Assembly (NCBI GenBank): GCA_051859245.1
Contig: JBHYGA010000001.1
Span: forward strand, 384,001 to 448,000
Direction: 5' to 3'
DNA from: Gemmatimonadaceae bacterium
GTDB taxonomy: Bacteria > Gemmatimonadota > Gemmatimonadetes > Gemmatimonadales > Gemmatimonadaceae
Length of the DNA: 64,000 bases
Position numbers and translations under genes: made by a program. The notes beneath the pieces are model-generated. The model saw only the letters and a program-made list of their open reading frames with translations. It ran no database searches and was not told the DNA's origin. Positions 9,964 through 20,592 of the stretch are shown here, piece by piece (position 1 is the stretch's first letter; the number at the start of each line of letters is the position of its first letter).

Positions 9964-11295
9964 ATGCCACGTATAGCGATCTCTCCTGTCTCCCGCACGA
10001 GCACGTCGGCGGTTTTCGCGCCGACCGCGCGTGCTATCCTTGTAGGACTCACGCTCTTTCCTGCGCTCGCCTGCTCCGATCGCGATAGCGTTACGGAACC
10101 GTCTCCGATCGAGCAGCAGTCCAACCGTGTGATTCTTGATTGGAATCTCGCGACGCTGGATGCGCTCGTCGCACATGATGAGTACGCCAACGGACTGAAC
10201 GCGGTGCGTGTCTCCGCGATGGTACACACGGCCCAACATGACGCGCTCAACGCTGTGTATCCACAGTTCGAGCAGTACGCGTATCAAGGAAGCGACACCG
10301 CCGCGGATCCCGTCGCGGCGGCCGCTTCGGCGGCGCATGGCGTGCTCACGGCCTTGTTCCCTGCGCAGAAATCCACGTTCGATACGCGCCTGGCCGCAAC
10401 ACTCGACAGTATTTCGGATGGCGACGCGGAAACGCGCGGTGTCGCACTGGGCGCGCAGGCTGCCGCCGCGATCGTTGCGGCGCGCGTGAACGACGGTTCT
10501 GACACGCCGCTCGTTGGCGGATACGAGCCGGGAACCGGCCCAGGCAAGTATCAGCTCACGCTACCGTTCAACATTGCCTATGTGCCGGGCTGGAAAAACG
10601 TCAAGCCGTTTACGCTCACGAACGCCATGCAGTTTCGACCCGTCGCTCCTCCCGCACTCACGAGCGCCGCGTACACAGAGGCGTTCAACGAAGTCCGCAC
10701 GGTCGGCAAACTCGGAAGTACAACACGCACCGCCGATCAGACCGCGTATGCGAAATTCTGGTACGAGCTATCAGAAATCGGCTGGAACCGCATTGCGCGA
10801 ACGGTTGCCGAATCGCGCGGCCTCGGTCTGCAGTCCACGGCGCGCTTGTTCGCGCTGCTGAACATGGTGATGTCCGATGCGTACGTCGCCGGCTGGGATG
10901 CAAAGTATCACTACGACTTCTGGCGTCCAATCACGGCGATTCGCGCGGCCGATACCGATGGCAACGACGCGACGCTGGTCGATGCGGCCTGGGAACCGTC
11001 CGAGCCAACGCCTCCGGTGCAGGACTATCCGTCCACACACAGCGCTCTTGGCGACGCCGCGGCGGCGGTACTTGCCAACGTGTTCGGAGATGCGACGAGC
11101 TTCACGTTTGCGTCGCCTACGGCCGTGCCAGCGAACAGCACGCGCAGCTTTGCCAGCTTCACCGCGGCTGCGAATGAGAACGCCGATTCACGTGTGATGG
11201 CAGGCATTCATTTCCGCTTCGCGATCGTTGCCGGCCAGTCGCTTGGTCGCCAGATCGGGACGTGGGCAATCAACAATCATCTCCAGGTACGCTAG
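9964..11295 (+). CDS. Vanadium-dependent haloperoxidase / PAP2-superfamily lipoprotein
   Basis: KYHYDFWRP, PP..DYPSTH, SRVMAGIHF; lipobox ALAC. Confidence 0.88.
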   Translation: MPRIAISPVSRTSTSAVFAPTARAILVGLTLFPALACSDRDSVTEPSPIEQQSNRVILDWNLATLDALVAHDEYANGLNAVRVSAMVHTAQHDALNAVYPQFEQYAYQGSDTAADPVAAAASAAHGVLTALFPAQKSTFDTRLAATLDSISDGDAETRGVALGAQAAAAIVAARVNDGSDTPLVGGYEPGTGPGKYQLTLPFNIAYVPGWKNVKPFTLTNAMQFRPVAPPALTSAAYTEAFNEVRTVGKLGSTTRTADQTAYAKFWYELSEIGWNRIARTVAESRGLGLQSTARLFALLNMVMSDAYVAGWDAKYHYDFWRPITAIRAADTDGNDATLVDAAWEPSEPTPPVQDYPSTHSALGDAAAAVLANVFGDATSFTFASPTAVPANSTRSFASFTAAANENADSRVMAGIHFRFAIVAGQSLGRQIGTWAINNHLQVR

Positions 11296-11327
11296 TTCGG
11301 CCTGCACGTGGCTGTCGGCGAACGAAG

Positions 11328-12560
11328 TCAGGTGATGTCAACCGCTCGAAGGGTGTCACGCGCGATCAGCAACTCTTCATCGGTTGGCACCACCCAGGCT
11401 TCGAGCGTGGATGAGGCGGTACTGCAGCGGCCTTCGCGACCACCGAGCAATGCGTTGTTCGCGTCTGGATCGATTGAAAGGCCGGCCCATTGCAGCCCAT
11501 CGCAAATGCGCGCACGAATTTCTGGCGCGTTCTCGCCAATGCCTCCGGCAAACAGAATCGCATCGGCACCGCCCATCGCCGCGAGGTATGCGCCGATGTA
11601 CTTGCGTGCTCGATAACAGAACATGTCGATCGCGAGCTTGGCTCGGCGATCGTCATGTTCACGCGCTTCCGCGAGCAGATCACGCATGTCATTGGTGAGC
11701 CCCGACACGCCGAGCAAGCCGGATTGGGAGTTCAGCAGCGCTTCCACCTGCGGCAACGACAAGCCTTCCTTGCTCGCGATATAGTCGAGGACGGCCGCGT
11801 CGATATCTCCGGAGCGCGTGCCCATGACCAGGCCTTCGAGTGGCGTGAATCCCATCGATGTGTCAACGGATTCGCCGCCCACGATCGCGCAGGCTGAACA
11901 CCCGTTCCCCAGATGCAGCGTGATCACGCGCACATCGGCTTTTGCTTTGCCGCTCAGCTGACGCCATCGATACGCCACGGAGCGATGCGACGTACCGTGG
12001 AATCCGTAGCGTCTGACCCGGTGGCGACGGTAGAGCGGATAGGGAATCGCGTAGAGATACGCGTGTTCTTCGAGCGTCTGATGGAACGCGGTGTCGAACA
12101 CGGCAACCTGTGGCACGCCTTCGCCGAGTGCACGCTGAGCCGCCCGAATGCCGGCGAGGTTATGCGGATTGTGAAGCGGCGCCAGTTCAATCATGTCCTC
12201 AATCGCACGCTCGACGTCGGGTGTTACGCACACCGACGTGGAGAATCGTTCTCCACCGTGGACCACACGATGTCCGACGGCATTGAGTTCGGCCCGTGAC
12301 GTGAGTCCCGTGCCACTCTCGGTCGACGTCACCCAGCTCACCAGCCACTCCACCGCGGCGTTCATGTCACGCAGCGACGCGGTGCGTCTGGTGAGCGATC
12401 CGTCAGGGCCGCGCAGGGTGATGACCGACTCGCCGCCGATGCGTTCGATCTGTCCGCGCGCCAGTTTTTCGTCGGCGTTGTTGGCGATCTGCTCGCGATT
12501 GGTGCGCACTACCTGAAACTTGAGTGTGGCCGAGCCGGCGTTCAGGACGAGTATGTGCAT
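11328..12560 (-). CDS. ackA: Acetate kinase
   Basis: [51 protein letters not shown]. Confidence 0.96.
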   Translation of the reverse strand: MHILVLNAGSATLKFQVVRTNREQIANNADEKLARGQIERIGGESVITLRGPDGSLTRRTASLRDMNAAVEWLVSWVTSTESGTGLTSRAELNAVGHRVVHGGERFSTSVCVTPDVERAIEDMIELAPLHNPHNLAGIRAAQRALGEGVPQVAVFDTAFHQTLEEHAYLYAIPYPLYRRHRVRRYGFHGTSHRSVAYRWRQLSGKAKADVRVITLHLGNGCSACAIVGGESVDTSMGFTPLEGLVMGTRSGDIDAAVLDYIASKEGLSLPQVEALLNSQSGLLGVSGLTNDMRDLLAEAREHDDRRAKLAIDMFCYRARKYIGAYLAAMGGADAILFAGGIGENAPEIRARICDGLQWAGLSIDPDANNALLGGREGRCSTASSTLEAWVVPTDEELLIARDTLRAVDIT

Positions 12561-12679
12561 GCGCGGTGCGTCGCGAGAGAGAGGTCCCCTGGCACAATAG
12601 TAAAGCGTAAAGAACTGCCGCTCAAGCACGCTCCAACGACGAACAGTTTCTTGTGCGCGCCTTGAGTCTGAGCTCTGGT

Positions 12680-13444
12680 CTATGCGGCATCCATTTCCGG
12701 GACACGCGCCAGGCGCTCGCGGCGCGCACGGAATCGACGAAGCAGCTCCGGTACCAACTCAGCGGGAAAGCTGCGATTGTACGACCCATCAAGTATGCGT
12801 CTGCCGTCGTGCGTGTCGCCGCGGCACGCGCGCTCCAGCGCCTGCGGCAATACGCGCAGCTGCGTTTCATACAAGCGCAAACTGAGATCGACGAGCGTGT
12901 CGTCCGGAAACTCATCAATGCGCTCTGACTCCAGCACAAGACCCGCATCAACGCGTTCGTTGATCAGATGCGCCGTGACGCCGAGTGGTAGCTCGCGATA
13001 GAGAGCCCATGCCAGTGCGTCGAGTCCGCGCACGTCCGGCAGGAGTCCCGGGTGTAAGTTGATAATGCCACCTGGCACGCGTTCAATCACCGCGCGTGAG
13101 AGGATGCGCGCGCCCGCAATGACCGCAACATGTGCGCCCAGTGCATCAAGCTCGAACAGACAGGCATCACTGTTGTGTGGCAATACGAGGTAGGGAATAT
13201 CGAGCGATCGGCAGAGCGCATGCGGCTCCATCAAGTCTGAGTGACGTGGCTTGAGACGAATCGCTGGTGCGGGTACCCGAAGCGAAACAGGCGGTGCCGC
13301 GATGACCGCCATAGGTGTTCGACCGATCGCCACCAGGCGAAGGATCACGTCCTGCGTTTTCTTGTGCGGAAAATCGTAAGCGAAAACAAGGGGGTGCGCG
13401 GCATCGTTGTGTTCGCCGCGCAAAAGTATTGCGTCATTCATCAT
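12680..13444 (-). CDS. Formyltransferase-family protein (Formyl_trans_N only)
   Basis: [18 protein letters not shown]...VDAG. Confidence 0.8.
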   Translation of the reverse strand: MMNDAILLRGEHNDAAHPLVFAYDFPHKKTQDVILRLVAIGRTPMAVIAAPPVSLRVPAPAIRLKPRHSDLMEPHALCRSLDIPYLVLPHNSDACLFELDALGAHVAVIAGARILSRAVIERVPGGIINLHPGLLPDVRGLDALAWALYRELPLGVTAHLINERVDAGLVLESERIDEFPDDTLVDLSLRLYETQLRVLPQALERACRGDTHDGRRILDGSYNRSFPAELVPELLRRFRARRERLARVPEMDAA

Positions 13445-13666
13445 GGCATCGTCCAGCGTGCGTGCGCGATGTGAGGTCGAGCGGTTGTCTCCGTGATCCG
13501 TTGTACCAGTGCAGTATGTCATCGCGTCACATTCTCGCGTGCGTTTGCTGTGCGCACCACGATGTGTTTTGCAGCGCACTGCGTCGAGACGCGCTATGGC
13601 GGGATAAGTCGTATGACTTCAGGACGTGTGTGTGAAGTATAAGAGCGCACACTTTCTGGAGAACTC

Positions 13667-15064
13667 ATGAACAAGTTGTGCTTCCCTCATCTTCGCGCGA
13701 CGTATGCACTGCTGCTCGCGTGTGTGAGTATCACCGTTGTCGCGTGTGATTCCGATGCGACCGTTGCACCAGACGACACACCGGCATCGCTCTTGATTGA
13801 AGGCGGTGACAATCAGATCACGACAGCCGGGCAAGTACTTCCGCAACCACTGACCGTTCGTGTGCTTGATACCAACGGCATCCCATTGTCCGGTGTGTCG
13901 GTTCGATTTGTCGCCGAAGACGGCGGGACCACCGATCCCGCGATTGTCACCACCGGCGCTGACGGCCGTGCGTCGTCGCGCTGGACGCTGGGCCCGGCAG
14001 TCGCTCGTGGAGAAACACGACGCGCCCGTGCCGAGTTAACGTACGCATCTCGTACGGCGACGATACGCTTCTCGGCGCGTGCCGATGAGGCGGAAGCGCC
14101 ACCGAAAGAGCTGCGTGTGTTGGCGCTATCCACGTACGACGGCTCTGGGCAAACGGTACATCCGGATGTGCTGCCGTTTTCCGCATCAATGAATTGGTCG
14201 GCGTCGTGGCTGCTGGCGGTCACACCATATCCCTGGGGCAACGCCACGCACGAGAATCCCTCGGTGTATACAAGTCTCGACGGCGTGACGTTCAGCGAGC
14301 CACGTGCTGGATTGAATCCGGTTGCACGTCCGACGGCGGGCCATCTCAGTGATCCCGATATTGTGCAGGATCCCGTGACCCAACAGCTTCGATTGTACTA
14401 TCGTGAGGCGTCCGATCGAAACCGGATCTGGCTTGTTCAGTCGTTGGGTCTCACGCAATGGAGTGAACCGCGACTAGTCGCGAGTGGTCCGAACCACACG
14501 ATTGTGTCGCCATCCGTGTTGCGAGCGTCGACGGGTGAGTGGCGTATGTACGCCATTGATGGCGAGGGTGGATGTTCGGCATCGAAAGCGTGGCTCACGC
14601 TGCGCCGCTCGAACAACGGCGTGGACTGGGGCGCAGCGCAGCGCGTCTCGCTGGATCAACCGGGCTTCTCGCCGTGGCACGTTGAGGTGCAATGGATTCC
14701 TGAGCTTCGTGAGTACTGGGCGTTGTACAACGTGAAAACCGCCGGTGGTTGCACGACGTCAGCGCTGTATCTGGCAACGAGTCCTGACGGAGAGCAGTGG
14801 ACCACCTATCCATCGCCGGTGCTGACTCGTGGCGCGATCAAGGAGTTCGCCGACATCGTGTATCGCGCGAGCTTTCACTACGATGCCGCGCGCGATCTCG
14901 TGACGATGTGGCATTCTGGCGCACGCTATGCGTCCAACGGCTACGAGTGGCGCAGCGCCGTCGAGACACGGTCGCGCGCGGCCTTGTTCAGCGATGTGCG
15001 ACGAAAGTCTGTGGCAATTCCCGAGGGAACGCCCGGGGCGCCACCGTTGCTGACGTGGCCGTGA
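13667..15064 (+). CDS. Lipoprotein with Ig-like domain plus glycoside-hydrolase-like beta-propeller
   Basis: Lipobox VVAC; GGDNQ...LPQPL.VRV Ig domain; HPD, ENPS, SDPD and Asp-box-like S.DG..W repeats. Confidence 0.65.
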   Translation: MNKLCFPHLRATYALLLACVSITVVACDSDATVAPDDTPASLLIEGGDNQITTAGQVLPQPLTVRVLDTNGIPLSGVSVRFVAEDGGTTDPAIVTTGADGRASSRWTLGPAVARGETRRARAELTYASRTATIRFSARADEAEAPPKELRVLALSTYDGSGQTVHPDVLPFSASMNWSASWLLAVTPYPWGNATHENPSVYTSLDGVTFSEPRAGLNPVARPTAGHLSDPDIVQDPVTQQLRLYYREASDRNRIWLVQSLGLTQWSEPRLVASGPNHTIVSPSVLRASTGEWRMYAIDGEGGCSASKAWLTLRRSNNGVDWGAAQRVSLDQPGFSPWHVEVQWIPELREYWALYNVKTAGGCTTSALYLATSPDGEQWTTYPSPVLTRGAIKEFADIVYRASFHYDAARDLVTMWHSGARYASNGYEWRSAVETRSRAALFSDVRRKSVAIPEGTPGAPPLLTWP

Positions 15065-15077
15065 GGTGAAGAGAGCG

Positions 15078-16568
15078 TCACCGCCCACCAAGGTGCTGCG
15101 CCAGTCGAAGCGCCAGCGCAACAATCGTCAACGTTGGATTGGCGAAGCCCGCGGTGGGCATCACGGAGCCGCCCGACACGTACAGGTTCTCAACGCCGAA
15201 CACGGCCCCGTGTGCGTCTACCACGCCGTTGTGTTCGTGCGTGGCCATACGTGTGGTGCCCGCATGGTGATGTGCACTCAGATCCGGCCGACGCCCGCGC
15301 TCGAAGCGCAGCGTTCCCAACCCGGCACCGCGAAACCACTCCGCCAAACAATCACGCAATCGGTCTAGCCGAGCCTGCTCCTCATCACTCCACTTCAGAG
15401 AGAGCAGCGGCAGCGGATTCCCGAATCGATCGTGACGCGTGCTCAACGCAATCCGATTCTGCGCGTCCGGTCGCTGTTCCAGATTGAGCACCATGCCAAA
15501 CTCGGTGAAAACGCGACCCGGCTGTCTCGACCATCCGTAACGACTCCGCTTGTGAGACGAGGCACCGGAAACACGGCGCAGCACGCGGTGCAGCACCGAG
15601 GGTCGTTGACTATTGCCTTCCCGAGGAATCAGCGTGATTGCCGCGTTCGGGATGTCCAGGCGATCGATACTTTCAGCGCGCAGCGAGAGCCGTCCGCCAA
15701 ACAGTGTGCCGCAACTCGCCCTGTTCAGATCGTAGAATGCGGCGCGAGCGAACAGCTCCGGCGAATCCGGCACCAGCGTCACGGAAAAGTCGCGCGCGTG
15801 TTCCATGAAGCCGCGACCAAGCCACTGCGCGTGTTCGCCAACACCAGCCATCAGCAACAGTCTCGCGTTTTCTACCGCACCGCAGGCGAGCACGACGCGC
15901 GGCGCCTGGATGTCTGACAGCGTACCACTTGCACCGGCCACACGCACGCCGAGCACGCGTTGCCGCGACCGATCAAGCAGCAAGGCGGTCACGGTGCACG
16001 ACGTAAGAATACGAACGCCGTCGAGCTGCTGCAGTTCGTCACGCAGCGCCTGGGTAAAGCGCTCCGCCGAGCCGAACTGGTAGACGCGTGAAGTCAGTCC
16101 TGTTCCGGTCACGTCGAACGGAAGTAGTCCCGGTTGTTGCCAGTCGGCCGCTTCGTAGGCAAACTGTCCGAGACCGCACACATCCTGCGCCGACGCGTAA
16201 AAAGGCTCCAGCTCCTTCCAGGCGAGTGGCCATGTTCTCACGTCACAGGCGTCGAGCGGCGCGTATTTGGCGCCTGGTTTGCTGCCAATCTCGACGTCCC
16301 ATATATTCGCCGAACCGCCAAAGTCCCGTGCGCGTGTGCGCTGGAGACCGGCGTATGGCTCCCCCACTACATCCCCGTCGTTCAGCGCCTGGTCGAGCGG
16401 AGCGGAGACACCGGAACCGCTTTCGAGCAGCGTGACGCGGTGCCCTGTGCGTCCGAGTGCGCGAGCCAGGGTAATGCCAGCAGGACCGGCGCCCACGATA
16501 CACACGTCCGCACACACGTCCGCTGCCGGCACGTCGACGATTCCCCGAGTCTGGATAGTAGATGACAT
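15078..16568 (-). CDS. GMC-family FAD-dependent oxidoreductase
   Basis: IVGAGPAG, LLESG, LACGAVENARLLL, HHAGTTRM, ANPTLTIVAL. Confidence 0.9.
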   Translation of the reverse strand: MSSTIQTRGIVDVPAADVCADVCIVGAGPAGITLARALGRTGHRVTLLESGSGVSAPLDQALNDGDVVGEPYAGLQRTRARDFGGSANIWDVEIGSKPGAKYAPLDACDVRTWPLAWKELEPFYASAQDVCGLGQFAYEAADWQQPGLLPFDVTGTGLTSRVYQFGSAERFTQALRDELQQLDGVRILTSCTVTALLLDRSRQRVLGVRVAGASGTLSDIQAPRVVLACGAVENARLLLMAGVGEHAQWLGRGFMEHARDFSVTLVPDSPELFARAAFYDLNRASCGTLFGGRLSLRAESIDRLDIPNAAITLIPREGNSQRPSVLHRVLRRVSGASSHKRSRYGWSRQPGRVFTEFGMVLNLEQRPDAQNRIALSTRHDRFGNPLPLLSLKWSDEEQARLDRLRDCLAEWFRGAGLGTLRFERGRRPDLSAHHHAGTTRMATHEHNGVVDAHGAVFGVENLYVSGGSVMPTAGFANPTLTIVALALRLAQHLGGR

Positions 16569-18144
16569 GGCCCCACAACTGATCGTACTTGGAATTGATG
16601 CCGCCAGCCCGGCACTGATTGAACGGTGGGCAGGTGAAGGCAAGCTACCGGCGCTCCGCGCGCTCATGGATCGCGGGGTGTCCGGGACGGTGGCAGGAGT
16701 GGAGGGCTTCTACATCGGCAGCACGTGGCCGTCATTGTACACCGGTCTCAACCCGGCCCGCCATGGCATTTACCGGATCGAACAGTTCAAGAGCGGCACG
16801 TACACCTTCTTCAAACCGTTCGACGATCCCGATGGCATCGCGGGCACAACGTTCTGGAAGCGGGCGTCCGATGCGGGGCTGCGAGTGGCCGTGCTCGACG
16901 TACCGCTCAGTCGCCTGGAGTCGCAGCTCAATGGCGTTCAGTCTGTCGAGTGGGGTGGGCACGATTCCGTCTTCGGCTTTCGCGCCTCACCGCCGGCGTT
17001 CGCCGAACAGATCGTGGAACGTGTCGGGCCGTACCCGCTCCCCGAAGACTGCAACGGCGATCGGAAATCTGCTGCTGACTTCGAGGTGTTCGTGTCGGGA
17101 CTGGAGCGCGCGGCTGCTCTGCGAACACAGCTCACGATTGACGTGATGCAGCAAGAAGAGTGGGACCTGGTCGTGCAGGTGTTCACCGAAGCGCACTGTT
17201 GCGGACATCAGTGCTGGCATCTGCACGACGCAAGTAATCCCGCACATGATGCGACCATTCGCGCGGAACTTGGCGATCCGATGGAACGCGTCTATCGCGC
17301 GGTCGACGCCGGAATCGCGCGTATTCTCGAGCACGCAGGCGATGCGCCGGTGCTCGTGTTTTCAGCGCACGGCATGAGCTACTTTCGCGGCGCGCACTTT
17401 CTGCTGCCAGAAATTCTTCAGCGACTCGGTGCGACGGTCAAACGCGAAGCACCGCCTGCATCGCGAAGTGTTTCGCGTTCGTTTCAAGCCGTCGCGCGCG
17501 ACACCGTGGTGCGACTCTTGCCCGCATCGGTGAAGCAGGCACTACGACCAATGCGCCAGCGCCTGCGTGGCACGCCGGCACGACGCGATCCCTTTGCGTC
17601 GATTGACTTGCATCGCAGCCGCTGCTTCCCGATGGCGAATGGATTTCCGGTGGCCGGCATCCGGCTCAATGTCGCCGGACGCGAGCCGCTGGGCGTGCTG
17701 CAACCTGGGGCGGAAGTCGACGAGTTTTGTGCGCAGCTCGAGCGCGATCTGTTGGCGATTCGTGATGAGCGCAACGGCGAACCATTGATCCGGACGGTTG
17801 TTCGCACGAACACACTGTACCACGGCCCTCGGATTGATGCGCTCCCGGACCTGTTGGTTGAGTGGAATAGCGTGCCGACTGGCACCGTCGCCCACGGCAG
17901 CGGACGTCAGGCGACCGTGCGCGCAAGTTCACCGGCGATTGGAACGCTGCAGGGAGAGAATAATTGGGTGCGAACAGGCGAGCACGTGTCGCAGGGATTC
18001 TTTACGTTCCGCGGTCGTGGCGTTGGCGAAGGACAACGCAACGTGCTGGTTTCATCGCTCGACATTCATCCGACCATCTGCCACCTGCTCGGCATCGCGC
18101 ACCCTGATGTTGACGGTGTGGTGATCAAGGAACTGACAACGTGA
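16567..18144 (+). CDS. Alkaline-phosphatase-superfamily protein (phosphohydrolase/phosphomutase-like) with altered metal ligands
   Basis: LGIDAA, WPSLYTG.NP..HG, HCCGH, SAHG, PDL, GEH. Confidence 0.8.
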   Translation: MAPQLIVLGIDAASPALIERWAGEGKLPALRALMDRGVSGTVAGVEGFYIGSTWPSLYTGLNPARHGIYRIEQFKSGTYTFFKPFDDPDGIAGTTFWKRASDAGLRVAVLDVPLSRLESQLNGVQSVEWGGHDSVFGFRASPPAFAEQIVERVGPYPLPEDCNGDRKSAADFEVFVSGLERAAALRTQLTIDVMQQEEWDLVVQVFTEAHCCGHQCWHLHDASNPAHDATIRAELGDPMERVYRAVDAGIARILEHAGDAPVLVFSAHGMSYFRGAHFLLPEILQRLGATVKREAPPASRSVSRSFQAVARDTVVRLLPASVKQALRPMRQRLRGTPARRDPFASIDLHRSRCFPMANGFPVAGIRLNVAGREPLGVLQPGAEVDEFCAQLERDLLAIRDERNGEPLIRTVVRTNTLYHGPRIDALPDLLVEWNSVPTGTVAHGSGRQATVRASSPAIGTLQGENNWVRTGEHVSQGFFTFRGRGVGEGQRNVLVSSLDIHPTICHLLGIAHPDVDGVVIKELTT

Positions 18145-19151
18145 GCCGCGCGGCGTACCGGATCGCGGATATGCACCAAGCGAACGCACTGGCGCACACT
18201 CACGCGCACTCGACAGCACCGCTCCTCCTGTCATTACTGTCACCGATTCTTGGCGAACTCGGAGCGGGGCAGCGCGGTCGCGCGCTGCTGAAGCGGCTTG
18301 GTGTGCGCAGGCTCGCCCAACGGTTGCTGCGAACAGCCGTGGTTGAGCCGCAGCGAGACCGAGCCGACGATGTAACTGTATTGATCGGCATTCGTAACCG
18401 CACCGATCATCGGTTGAGTCTTGCGCTGCGCAGTATTCGCGAGCAGCAGTATCGCGAGGCCGCGGTGCAAGCGGTTGTCATTGACTACGGAAGCGAGCCG
18501 ATTGCCGCGGAACGCGCCGCCGCAGTGTGTCGTGAGTTCGGGGCGTCGCTCGTGCGTGTAGAAACAACGGATGTGTGGAGTCGTTCGCGGTGTCTGAACA
18601 TTGGTATCCGACGCGCGACGAGCAAGTTCCTGCTCACAAGTGACGTCGATATCATTTTCTCGCCATCATACATCACCGAAGCGGTGCAGCGCCTGCGCGA
18701 ATCGCCGCTTTCTATCGTGTGCGCGCGTATGCTCGATCTGCCGGAGCCCACATCTGACGTGCTGCGCGGCGCCAGCGAGAGCGCGGCAGGGCTGCGAATG
18801 CACGATCTCAAGCCAACGAGTACTCCGCGACTGAACTGGGCGTACCATCCCAGCATCGCGATGACGTACACCGCGTTCTATCAGTTCATCCGCGGCTACG
18901 ACGAGTTCTACGAACTCTGGGGCAGTGAAGATGACGATCTGTTTCGCCGACTGACCAAGCTCGGCCTTGAAGCAAATGTGATCGATTCAGATGACGCGTT
19001 CTATCTGCATCAGTGGCACCCGAAGTACGAAAACATCCCGGAAGATGGCCGAGAGCAGAGTGTAAAGCGCAACGCGGAACGGTGGCGGCGCATGCAGTCA
19101 ATTGTGCGTAACGATGCGTCGTGGGGCGGGGGTGACGCGCTGTCCTTGTAG
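18141..19151 (+). CDS. Glycosyltransferase family 2 (GT-A fold)
   Basis: VIDYGS, SDVD (DxD), GYDE.Y..WGSEDDD; GTGA overlap with upstream gene. Confidence 0.88.
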   Translation: MSRAAYRIADMHQANALAHTHAHSTAPLLLSLLSPILGELGAGQRGRALLKRLGVRRLAQRLLRTAVVEPQRDRADDVTVLIGIRNRTDHRLSLALRSIREQQYREAAVQAVVIDYGSEPIAAERAAAVCREFGASLVRVETTDVWSRSRCLNIGIRRATSKFLLTSDVDIIFSPSYITEAVQRLRESPLSIVCARMLDLPEPTSDVLRGASESAAGLRMHDLKPTSTPRLNWAYHPSIAMTYTAFYQFIRGYDEFYELWGSEDDDLFRRLTKLGLEANVIDSDDAFYLHQWHPKYENIPEDGREQSVKRNAERWRRMQSIVRNDASWGGGDALSL

Positions 19152-19185
19152 TCACCCCCGTAGGTTGCGGCAGCCGAACTCGCGC

Positions 19186-19707
19186 CTACCGAAAAAAGAA
19201 CCCGACGCCAAACGTGATGCCGTACAGCGGATCACGAAAGCTGTCGCCATCACGCACCGTGAGGGCGAGGCGCCACGCCAGCGTTTCGCGCATGGGGGCG
19301 CGCACACCCACGTCCACGCCGTAGTCAACGCGCGCGTCAGACTCCAGATCGCCGGTGGTTTTACTCACGCCGAATCCTGGCGCAATGAACGGTCCGAAGC
19401 GGCCGCCGTTACGCAGATACAGCGGCACAAAAAACTCGGCGCCGAGACTGCCTCCGCTGCGATCATCCGACGATGAGTAGCCGAAGCCGAGACGCGGTTC
19501 GAGCGCCACACGTGGCGTGAGAAACAACGCGAAGCTCACGCTGCCGGGGAACGAGACAACGGTCGTCGTGGCATCGTCATTGGTCTGAACACGCGCCACA
19601 TCAAGACGGATCTCCTTGGCCCGATCTTGTGCAAACGCCACATTGGTGGCACTGGCAAGCAGCAATGCAATCATGCCGAAATGAGCAGTCAGAAAACGAG
19701 AGCGCAC
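19186..19707 (-). CDS. Small outer-membrane beta-barrel protein
   Basis: Signal peptide (AFAQ), alternating beta strands, C-terminal GVGFFFR; AGGAG RBS. Confidence 0.7.
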   Translation of the reverse strand: MRSRFLTAHFGMIALLLASATNVAFAQDRAKEIRLDVARVQTNDDATTTVVSFPGSVSFALFLTPRVALEPRLGFGYSSSDDRSGGSLGAEFFVPLYLRNGGRFGPFIAPGFGVSKTTGDLESDARVDYGVDVGVRAPMRETLAWRLALTVRDGDSFRDPLYGITFGVGFFFR

Positions 19708-19878
19708 GAGTTCTCCTTGAAGTGGGATTGAACGGTGCAGAACGATACCGGCGCCCGTGGCGAAGCAGCCGGGACGTGACGCACACCGTGCGGAGAGCGG
19801 GGCAAACCGTATCAGGGTGGGATGAACAATCGATGGCAGCGCCGCCGCGAAACCATACTCTACGCCCGCGACATCCCG

Positions 19879-20592
19879 CTAGCGCGCCTCATCTGCACGC
19901 GGTATTGCACCGGTCAAACGCGTGATGAATCGCTCGAGGCGCGGAAAGAACCGAACGCGCACCAGCACCCCGTTACACCAGCCCAGCGCAATACAGTAGT
20001 TCGACACAAAGGGTGGGGCGTGGTGTTCGGCGTGATGCTTGTGGCTCATGAGCACGCCGAAGCGCTGAAGCACGCGCACGAACACCGGTGGTGATGTCAT
20101 GTGCGCCCACTGATGCACTTGGTTCGTTGGCAGAGTGGTGGCCGAGACCGCGAGGATGAACGTGGTGCTTGCCAGTCCGGCGCGAGGCTCGAGCGGAATC
20201 AGCAAAGCCAGGGCGAGCACGACGGCCACGATGATCGCGACATCACCGTTCGTATCAATCCAGTGTCGCGTGAGAAAATCGGCCGGATTAATGTGGTGCA
20301 CACGAAACGGTCGCAGCAACCGTTTGCCAAGCACGGGCATGGTCTCCGATCCCCAGGTGTCTGCACCCCAGTGGACCACGCCGGACAGAAAATCCGCCAC
20401 AATCATGCCTGCCAACCACATGGGCAGCATCCACCACGCGAGGCCGCCTGAGGCCTGTGCGAGGCGTATCGCGTGCACCACACACAGCATGACGGCGGCA
20501 ACAATCGCACCGACCGACACCGCTCGCGTCATGAAACCAGGCGTCTCCAACACGGGAAGCGCCTCGTGCGCCGGCTGTTGCGTGGCGCTCAT
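19879..20592 (-). CDS. CarF/TMEM189-family lipid desaturase
   Basis: ADFLSG.VHWGADTWG, FRVHH..P, TNGD, TNQVHQWAH, HHAEHH, YCI..GW.N. Confidence 0.88.
   Translation of the reverse strand: MSATQQPAHEALPVLETPGFMTRAVSVGAIVAAVMLCVVHAIRLAQASGGLAWWMLPMWLAGMIVADFLSGVVHWGADTWGSETMPVLGKRLLRPFRVHHINPADFLTRHWIDTNGDVAIIVAVVLALALLIPLEPRAGLASTTFILAVSATTLPTNQVHQWAHMTSPPVFVRVLQRFGVLMSHKHHAEHHAPPFVSNYCIALGWCNGVLVRVRFFPRLERFITRLTGAIPRADEAR

Noticed and set aside
9964..11295. Haloperoxidase as part of a halogenated-metabolite gene cluster
   Set aside because: No PKS, NRPS or prenyltransferase nearby; may simply be a PAP2-type phosphatase
11328..12560. ackA without an adjacent pta
   Set aside because: Common arrangement; the partner may be elsewhere in the genome
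16267..16667. Apparent 400-bp antisense overlap of the GMC and AlkP ORFs
   Set aside because: The extensions are motif-free, and family N-termini place both starts near 16567
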